DNA of 64,000 nucleotides, taken from Candidatus Latescibacterota bacterium. GTDB taxonomy: Bacteria > Latescibacterota > UBA2968 > GCA-2709665. Shown here one piece after another: positions 55,926 through 64,000 of the stretch. The stretch covers positions 128,001-192,000 of the forward strand of contig CAXXXF010000002.1 in NCBI GenBank assembly GCA_963667175.2. Reading direction: 5' to 3'. Each line of letters opens with the position of its first letter. Position 1 is the first letter of the stretch. The translations under genes and the position numbers were made by a program. The notes below the pieces were generated by a model, which ran no database searches, was not told the origin of the DNA, and worked only from the letters and a program-made list of their open reading frames with translations.

Positions 55926-57745
55926 TCAAAAGTTCGAGTAGAAGAGATGCCGATTGTCGATGATCTCCGCCTGCTCTTTGAGGTCGCTGAACCAGGCCGC
56001 CAGGACTTCGTTCTGTTTTTCCGCCCGAAGGCGTTCAACCAGTTTCGGCGCCTCCACCTCGAATTCAACTTCGTCAATCGGCTCTTTTTCCAACAACTGC
56101 AGCACGTATGCGCCCCGGTCCGTGGCGACGACGCCGCTGGTGGTTCCCGTATCCAGCCGGAAAGCCGCGCCTGTAAACGCGTTCCTGCGGCCGACGCCCT
56201 GCACGAAGTCGTCCCGGCTGAAGGGCTTGGACTCGGCAAAGCGAATATTGCGACGATGCGCCGCGTTTTCCAGGCTTTCTCCCGACCTGACGTCCTCGAG
56301 CAAGGGGGCCATGCGCGTGGATGCAACGTTGACTTTTTCCGTTGTCCTCAGCCTGGTCGCAATCCGATTGTAGACCTCGTCCAACGGCTGCGGCCCGGCT
56401 TCCCGCCGTGCGAGAAGGACGAAGACATAAATGCCCTGTTCGGTTTCGTACGGGTGGGAAACCCTGCCCGGTGAAGCGCTGAGAAAGGAATTGACCAGCC
56501 CGGACGTCCGGTTGCCCAGCAGGGGGAAGTAGCCGCCGGCAGTGATGAAACCGGTTTCTTTCGCCTGCAGGCCCTGTTCGGCCACGGCTGTCAGGAAGTC
56601 GGCTTCGTCCGCACGCTCCTGGAAGCGTTCGGATTCGAGACGGAGGCTGTCCAGCGTGTCCCTGCCCGGCCGGACGTTCAGCAGGATGTGCTTGGCGCGG
56701 ACCTCAAGCCCGTCACCCTCGCCTTTCCGTTCCTCGACCTTGAGGATATGCCATCCGAACTGGGAGCGTACGGGTTCCGAGATTGCGCCGGGTTCGAGAG
56801 CAAAGGCCGCCTCCTCAAAGGGCTTGACCATCCTTCCGCGTCCGAAGAATCCCAGATCGCCGCCGCGTTCCGCGCTGCCGGGGTCGTCAGAATGGCTCCG
56901 GGCCAGCGCGGCGAATTCTCCACCGGCGCGGATTTCGGCGAGCAGGTCGCGGATTTCGGCCTCTGCATCGGATTCATCGACCGCGGAAGGCTTCTTTTCG
57001 AAGGCAACGAACGAGGCATTGACGGCCGCGTCGCGATGGAATTCATCCGGGTGGCCGCTGTAATAGGCCTGGATCTGCTCGTCCGAAACGGAAACCAGTG
57101 AATCGGCGATGGAATACGCCTCGATGGCCGCGTAGGCCACGCGAACTTTCTCTTTCTGCCGCACGAATGCTTCCCGCACCTCCGCCGAGGTGACCCTCAC
57201 CCCGCCTGCGACCATCTCCTGGAGCTTGCTGATCAACACCGCCTGACGTACGGCGTATTCGGCGCTGAGTACGAACTGGTTTCTCTCCGGGCTTGAGTAC
57301 GTGCCGGGGTCGTCCAGGAACCTGCCGTATTTCTCGGGATCGAATTTGCCATCGGTCTGAAAGACTTCCTGGTTCTGCACCCATTCGACGGCTGATTCCG
57401 GTTGATGAAGTTGACCTCCGCATCGGAGACTGCGATTTCATGGGCTTCGATTTGCTGGGCGTACAGGATCTGGGCGACCATCTGGTCCCAGATCTGACGG
57501 ATAAGCTGGCTCTCTTCCGGTTCGGCACTGTTGCGGTCCTTGGCTTGCCTGGAGGCGTCGCGGAGGGCTTCGACGAATTGCTGGTGGCTGACTTTCTGAC
57601 CGTTGATGACACCCACCGTATCTCCGGGGCCGGCACAGGTCATTCCGCCGGCGCCCCAGTCGAAGACCATCAGCGCCACGAAGGAAATGGCAACGATCCA
57701 CATCATCGCTTTGATCAGGACCACGTTGCGCAGGTTTTTGAGCAT
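55926..57745 (-). CDS. PpiD/SurA-like peptidyl-prolyl isomerase, one apparent frameshift near 57391
   Basis: N-terminal TM and VGVING SurA-N domain in one frame; parvulin motif [30 protein letters not shown]...SQFGWHI in the next; joined by CAG CC[x] GTC GAA TGG. Confidence 0.87.
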
Positions 57746-57920
57746 GGATGGACACCCTCCGGTGGATGAAAAAGAGTCGGCGCGAATGGGCGGCAACTGC
57801 CCAGGGCAATTGGCCGGACGTGAGCCTTCCGGCCAGGAGTTCTCAGTACAACGCAGTAAATTATAGGAAGGCGGGTTTGCAGGCAAGTTTTTTTTACCGA
57901 CTGAAAATCCCGCCGCGTGC

Positions 57921-57949
57921 TTGACCCGGTGGGGCAAAATACCTATACT
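57921..57949 (+). promoter_or_regulatory. Sigma70-type promoter
   Basis: TTGACC-17 nt-TATACT upstream of ATG 58012. Confidence 0.65.
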
Positions 57950-58011
57950 CAGGCGCAAGTCGTCCGTGAAAAACAACCATTGAAACCATCGTGAGGGGAG
58001 GTCCGATCACG

Positions 58012-60304
58012 ATGCGCGCGATCCTGATGTTCCTGTACTCCTGTCTTATGGACTCCGGAATCGCCGTGGCCGGAGACTACCATTGGCCGATGGCGGCGCC
58101 GCCCGCGCTCAACTCTTCCTTTGGAGAATATCGGCCCCGGCGCTTCCACGCGGGGCTGGATTTCAAGACGTGGGGAAAGGAGGGGTACCCGGTGCTGGCG
58201 GTGGACGATGGGTACGTCTGGCGCGTGCGGACCTCGCCGTGGGGATACGGAAAAGTGATCTATATCCGATTGCAGGGACGGCCGAACGGCGGTCTACGCG
58301 CACCTTTCGGCTTTTGCCCCCGACGTTCAGACCCACGTTGAGGCCGAACAGGACCGGCGGGGATTCTATAGCGTGAATCTCTTCTTTAAGCCGAACCAGA
58401 TCCAGGTCGAACGCGGGGAGACGCTTGGCTATTCCGGCAGCACGGGCAGCGGCGCGCCGCACCTGCATTTTGAAATACGCGATAAGCATCAGCGTCCGAT
58501 CAACGGGTTGCTTCACGGTTTCGAGGTAAAGGACACCATTGCGCCTACCATACAGTCCCTGGCTCTGATCCCGATGGACGCGGATTCCCGGGTCTCGGAT
58601 GGAATGGACCCGGTCGCGATCGGCGTGCAGTGGCGCCCCAAACGGAAACGCTACGTTGCGCGGAGGGCGCTCATGATCCACGGGCGCATCGGCGTGGCTG
58701 TGAAGACGTACGATCAGGCGGACGCCAGCGTGCTTAGCAACCGCTTCTCTCCGTATCGTTTGAGACTGTTCCTGAACGAGCGAGAGGTCTTTGAGACTCG
58801 GTACGAGATTTTTGCGTACAATCAGGTCAACCAGGTCGAACTGGATCGTAATTTTGTCCTGAAAAAGCGCGGCGCCGGCCTGTATCACAACCTGTACCGT
58901 TCTGACGGCAATCAGCTTCCCATGTACGGGAAGTTCAAGGTGGGAGACGGCGTCCTGCATACAGGGACTCCGCCCAACGGTCGCGGCGTCGCGCTGGACC
59001 CGGGCAGGAACCGCATCCGGGTGGTGGTTGAGGACGTGGCCGGGAACCGCTCCCGCGCCGACCTTGACGTTATCGTGAACTCGGTACCCCGCGTGCTGGA
59101 GGCCCGCGCGGATTTGGACGGCCGTTCCGTCCGGGCGCGGGCGCGGGTGCGGGACGCTAATCTGAAAACGGTCGTTGTGGAACGTTCCGTAGATGCCGGA
59201 CGATCCTGGGTCCCGTACGCCAGGTCGAAGCGGACACCCACGGCAGGATCGACGTGGAATTCGCCCACGTCGCCGATGCAGTCTACAGGGTGCGCGCCCG
59301 GGACCGGCTCAAGGCGGAAGGATTTCGCGTCTGTGCGCCTGTTTCAGCGGCGAACCGCGCGGCAAAGGATGACCTGCTGGAATGCGCCGTGCGCTATTTT
59401 CCCGACTTCGCGGTGTTGAAGATTGTGTCGAAGCGGCTCTTGTCGGCTGCCCCGGGGGTTACCCTGCGCTGGCCCTCGAGCAGGGAAGCCGCGCCGGAGG
59501 TTCTTCAGCGGAGCCTGCGCAGCTACGAGTGCGTGGTGCCCTTCGACCCCGCGGTCGACGGCCAGATTGAGGCGGTCCTTTCCGCGGTCGATCTGAAAGG
59601 CAGTCCGGGCCCGCCGCACCGTCCGCCTGGTCCAGACGGCGGTGAGCCGGTCCGGCGGGGGTCGTTCGTTCGGCGGACGGCATGGCGGAAGCCCGCTTCG
59701 ACGCCGGGGAAGTCTACCGGCCCTTCTTCGGACGGATCGCGGCAACTCCCGGAAAAGGAGCAAAACGCCTGCCCCTGGTCGGATCGCGGTACCGGTTCGG
59801 GCCGGAGGACGTGCCGTTCCGTCGCAAGGCGGAAGTCGTCCTGCGATACCCGGCGGACTTCAACCGGCCCGAGCGGTTGGGCATCTATCGGTTAACCGGG
59901 AAGGGCGCCTGGGTGTTCGTAGGCAACCGCGCGGTTCGGGGGCGCCATGCCCTGGCGGCCGAGGTCCCGAGTTTTTTCCACCTATGCGCTGTTGCTGGAC
60001 GAGATCCCTCCCCGGGTGAGAATTCAGCGGCCGGAGCGGGGCGCGAAGGTTGCCGACAGGCGGCCCGTGCTTGTCGCCAGGATCGGCGACTTCGGATCGG
60101 GCATCCGACGGGAGGAGGATATTCTGGTGCGGCTGGATGGAAAAACGGCTGATCGCCCAATACGATCCCGACGCAGGTCGGGTGAACGCCCGGCCCAGGC
60201 AGCCGCTGCCAGCCGGACTCCATAAGTTGGAGGTGACGGTGACGGACGCCTGCGGCAACCGCGGCCGTTGCGGTGCGTTCGTTCACGGTACGATAAGTGG
60301 ATGA
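58012..60304 (+). CDS. M23-family metallopeptidase with long C-terminal region, about 6 apparent frameshifts
   Basis: SSFGEYRPRRFHAGLD, GYGK, (D)GRTAVYAHL and SGSTGSGAPHLHFEIR; later fragments continue coherently across frames to ..AQYDPD..HKLEVTVTDACGN. Confidence 0.8.
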
Positions 60305-60981
60305 TACTGCCCATCAAAGATGACAATCCGACGCGCCGCGCCCCGGTGTTTACGGTAGGCATCCTGCTGCTGAACGTCGGGACTTTTCTGTACTCCATTG
60401 CCCTGGGATCCGTCGGGTTCGACGTATTTACGCTACGGATGGGTCTGATCCCCTTTGAAGTGACCCACGGCGTGGACGCCATTTCGCCAACGCCGATCCC
60501 GCTATATCTCACGTTCCTGACGGCCATGTTCATGCACGGCGGCTGGATGCATCTGGGCGGCAACATGCTCTATCTCTGGATTTTCGGGAACAACGTCGAA
60601 GATACGCTGGGGAGGTTGAGGTTCTTGTTGTTCTACGTTTTCTGCGGCGTGGCGGCTGCATTGGGCCATGTTCTCTCAGATCCGGACTCGACAATACCCA
60701 TGGTGGGCGCCAGCGGCGCGATTGCGGGAGTCCTCGGGGCCTATCTGGCGCGATTCCCGGGCGCCCGTGTGCATGTTTTCGTCTTCCTCCTGTTCTTCAT
60801 CCAGATCGTGCGTGTACCCGCGCTGCTGGTTCTGGGCGTCTGGTTTATCATCCAGCTGGTGAACGCGTCGGCCGATTCGGGCGGCGTGGGAGGCGGCGTT
60901 GCGTGGTATGCCCATATCGGCGGGTTCATTGCGGGTTATCTGCTGATGCGCCTGCACGCGCGACGATTCAAGCTGATATAG
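60301..60981 (+). CDS. Rhomboid-family intramembrane serine protease
   Basis: MFMHGGWMHLGGNMLYLWIFGNNVED, VGASGAIAG and AHIGGF. Confidence 0.94.
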   Translation: MILPIKDDNPTRRAPVFTVGILLLNVGTFLYSIALGSVGFDVFTLRMGLIPFEVTHGVDAISPTPIPLYLTFLTAMFMHGGWMHLGGNMLYLWIFGNNVEDTLGRLRFLLFYVFCGVAAALGHVLSDPDSTIPMVGASGAIAGVLGAYLARFPGARVHVFVFLLFFIQIVRVPALLVLGVWFIIQLVNASADSGGVGGGVAWYAHIGGFIAGYLLMRLHARRFKLI

Positions 60982-61031
60982 GACGCGTTGCCGGCCCTCC
61001 GGATGACGCCGGATTGCGAAACGTCACGCGA

Positions 61032-61062
61032 AAGGGCCGCCTGAATTCTGCAGGCGGCCCTT
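61032..61062. terminator. Bidirectional terminator hairpin between convergent genes
   Basis: AAGGGCCGCCTG-AATTCTG-CAGGCGGCCCTT perfect 12-bp stem. Confidence 0.7.
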
Positions 61063-61088
61063 CTCCGTTGGAGTTCGGACGTTAGCGG

Positions 61089-63531
61089 CTATTCACCCTG
61101 CGCTTTCGTTTCGGAAAGGGTCTTCAGGGACTGAAGATCCTCACGAAGGCGTTTTCGTTCTTCTTCGTGGGGACAGATGCGGATCAGTTCCTCGAGGCAG
61201 AGGGCCGCGCTGTCTCTATTTCCCGCGCGGAGAAAGCTGACGGCAAGCTGCCGGTAACTGCTGTGCATCAACGAGTACCACACGTCCCCCCCCCACCGAT
61301 TCGGGAGGAATCGTATTCTCCGCGACCTTGATGATTCGAAGGGCTTCGGACGGACGTTCCTGGAGTTGCATCGCTCGCACCAGGCCTTCGAAGATGACCA
61401 GGTAATTGCTGATGAGGCGCCGGGCTACCGGGTCTTTGTAGACGGTGGCGTCCGCGATTCCGGTATAACTGTAATTCTCGAGTAGATGCCGGGAGGTCAA
61501 TTGGGCGTCGAATTGCCCCGGCGCCCGTTGTCTGACGAGACGGTACACCATGCCTTCCATGGACAGATAGGACCGCAGGCCGCCCATGTTTCGTTCGGGA
61601 ACGGTCACCGCGAAATATATAGGGCGCTGCCAGTCAATGTGCTCAACAAGGTACCAGATCATAAAGGTGTGGGACTCCAGAATGCTCATGCGCCGGTTAC
61701 CGACCGGGAATTCGGTGACGGGGACGTCGTCGGCCTTGACGATAATCGAGCTGTCGGCAAGCGGGATGTCGTATCGTTCCGGCCAGCGGCGGGCGATCAC
61801 ATGCCCGTCGATGGTCGCATTCGTCATTGATATCGGAAGCCTGGGATCCAGGTCGCGCAGCTGTTTGACGTACCAGGGTGTTTTGAGCAGGCTGAGGTTG
61901 ACCACCCGGACGTCCCGGCGAAAACCCTTCACGTACTGGAGAAACCACAATGGATAGGTGTCGTTGTCTCCGTTGGTGAAGAGGATGGCGTCGGGCTCGC
62001 AGGAACTCAGGATGTTCCGGGCGTAGTCGTGAGCGATGAAGTCTCCGCTGCGGTCGCGTTCGAAATAGCTGGTTTGCAGAAGCCCGATCGGAACGACGAG
62101 ACACAGGGCCGCCACGAGCGCGGCTGCCGGAACCGGGGCATGCCCGCGTGCAACGCCGCTGATGAGGGCAGCGGCCCCGCCGCCGATCCAGAGGCCGAAA
62201 AACGTGTAGGCGCCAACGAAGATATATTCCCGTTCCCTGGGTTCCGGGTCGGGCATATTGAGATACACGACCAGCCCGAGCCCCATGAGCAGAAACATGG
62301 CGAACACGCTGGCAAAACGCTTCCAGTCTCTGCGGAAGTGGCTGACCGCGCCAACAACGCCCAGGAGAATGGGGACCACCGAATACGCAATGGTCTCCCG
62401 GTTGCCGTCCATGTTGGCCACGGCCCGCCGGAACGTCCCGGACAGCATCTCTCCGATGGCAAATCGTTCCGTAAAGGACGGCAGGGTTGCCGAGAAGAAG
62501 CGGCTCGCGACCCCCTGATCGTAAAACGGGAACTGTTGGAGGAAATATTTAACGTGGATGTTGAACTGAAAGTCCCAGAAATCACCCCGGCGTGGAAAAA
62601 TGGAGTGGACGCCGTATTGCTGGCGGGTGAGGAAGGCCTTGAAATTCTCGTAGGTCTCCGGATTGTTCATATCGATGAAGGGATCCAGGCCCGAACGGAT
62701 GTAGAGCATGGCGTACGTGGAATATCCGAAGGCGATCATCCCCAGGGCGCACAGCCAGAACGCGGGATGACGCCAGGCCGGACGCAAGATCAGGAGTCCC
62801 GCAAGCACCGCCAGTACCAGCAAAGCGGTCAGATAGATATTGGAGATGACGCACAGAAAGGGAAATACCGTAAGCCCGATGACAACCACTGCCTGAACCG
62901 ACGTGGACCGGCTCTTGAGCAGGTCGGAAAAGACCAGGATGAGAATGCCGGGCACGGTGAGCAGGCACTGCAAATGCACGCCGGCGCCGAGAAAGAACAG
63001 GTAGAACATGAAGACAAGCAGGCGGTCGCGATTCCTGTCCTCGGGCGCGCCGTCCCAGCACAGCGCGATGTAGAACGCCAGGACGGTGAAGAGCATGGAC
63101 AGCGCGTAGACTTCCGCCTCGGTGGCATTTGCCCAGAAGGACGTCGAGAATGCCGCGGATAATGCAGCGACCGCGCCGCCGGTCAGGATGGCAATGCGGT
63201 CCGAAATACGGTCGGGTTGGAGCCACCGCGTGAGCAGACGAACGCTGCACAGGAAAAGCAGGAGCGCCGTGACGGCGCCCGATAAGACGGAAATCAGGTT
63301 TACGCTGAATGCAACGCTGTCGGGATCCGCGAAGAGCGTGAAAATTCGGCCCAGGAGGGTATGAAAGGGCGCGCCGGGAGGGTGGGGGACTCCGAGGATG
63401 TACGAGGCCGCGATGAACTCGCCGGTGTCCCAGAAGGTGACCGTGGGCGCAACGGTTCGAACGTAGACGAAACACGTGATCAGAAAAACGAGGGCGCCGA
63501 TGAGCCGGCTTTGTTCCCGGAAGGTCCTCAT
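61089..63531 (-). CDS. DUF2723-domain GT-C membrane glycosyltransferase (TMEM260-like), apparent frameshift at the G9 tract 61286-61294
   Basis: APTVTFWDTGEFI...GVPHPPGAP, ATEAEVYA, REREY and ILFTNGDNDTYPLW. A G8 tract would join it to the 61089..61283 TPR-like tail. Confidence 0.88.
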
Positions 63532-63619
63532 GGATGCCTCTGGCTACGTGGATCGGAGGAGATTCGGGGGTCGGAGTACCGGCTCTTCGGCGATACCGGA
63601 CGACGATCCATGGCGGCGA

Positions 63620-63871
63620 TCACTCTTCCGGCAGTTCTTCGGGACCATAAATCCGGATGGATTCGTACTGCTTCTCGTACACCGCGTAGTAAAGATCGTT
63701 GTCCTTCAGAATCCATGCGCTCAATCCCGCGCCGGTGATGGCTACGGCCGGGGCTTCCCCGTCACTCTGGGCGTGGGCCGTACCGGGCGACCAGAGCGGG
63801 CGGATCAGGTTGGCAACCAGCAGCAACGCGACAACAACCAGAAGCGACTTTATGGATTTGCTGTTCGACAT
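63620..63871 (-). CDS. Small hypothetical exported or membrane-anchored protein
   Basis: AAAGGA RBS, hydrophobic N-terminus with AHA-Q cleavage-like site, and an upstream promoter. Confidence 0.65.
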   Translation of the reverse strand: MSNSKSIKSLLVVVALLLVANLIRPLWSPGTAHAQSDGEAPAVAITGAGLSAWILKDNDLYYAVYEKQYESIRIYGPEELPEE

Positions 63872-63932
63872 GGGCTGATTCCTTTCGGTGAAAGAGGACG
63901 TTGAACGGTTCGCGGGGTTGAGGAGTCAACCA

Positions 63933-63961
63933 AATGTATGAGTTTTGGGCGGTTTCGTCAA
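63933..63961 (-). promoter_or_regulatory. Sigma70-type promoter
   Basis: Minus strand TTGACG-17 nt-TACATT. Confidence 0.6.
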
Positions 63962-64000
63962 GCGCCGGCGGGCGCGCCGTTTCAGACACAGAACAAAAAA

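Noticed and set aside
57858-57888. Minus-strand promoter for the PpiD-like gene (TTGCCT...TATAAT)
   Set aside because: The spacer is only 15 nt; plausible but not supportable.
58012-60304. Programmed ribosomal frameshifting in the M23 gene
   Set aside because: There are too many shifts in both directions and no canonical slippery heptamer with a stimulatory structure; assembly error is simpler.

Overview
GC-rich bacterial window that is almost entirely coding. It contains no rRNA, tRNA, CRISPR array or intact transposase. Its gene content (TonB-dependent receptor, PorV-like barrel, T9SS-style C-terminal domain, GWxTD, DUF6785, DUF2723) points to an FCB-superphylum organism such as Latescibacterota or Gemmatimonadota; that taxonomy is inference. 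Layout: (1-14.5 kb) homocysteine S-methyltransferase, transglutaminase-like protein, M14 peptidase, CRTAC1/ASPIC protein and an Opp/Dpp ABC operon split by an antisense RG-lyase-like gene. (14.5-28.7 kb) an envelope module: TPR protein divergent from OM barrel, CxxCH/temptin-like dockerin protein, TBDR, CTD-bearing secreted protein, PorV-like protein, TPR-GWxTD protein and TonB. This is the best candidate for an uncharacterised SusC/D-analogous uptake system. (28.7-40.4 kb) a duplicated Gfo/Idh/MocA + DUF6785 module enclosing a repeat-rich spacer and two more methyltransferase paralogues, one lacking all Zn-ligand cysteines. (40.7-50.8 kb) a DegT aminotransferase, dehydrogenase, nucleotidyltransferase-like, propeller and deacetylase cluster interrupted by an AAA-ATPase islet bounded by 52-bp direct repeats, containing an MNT-HEPN toxin-antitoxin relic disrupted by a TA-flanked MITE with nested palindromes. 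(50.9-55 kb) sugar-acid catabolic genes. (55-64 kb) housekeeping envelope genes with clustered, mostly homopolymer frameshifts that are probably assembly errors. All family calls come from motif recognition by eye; no database search was run.
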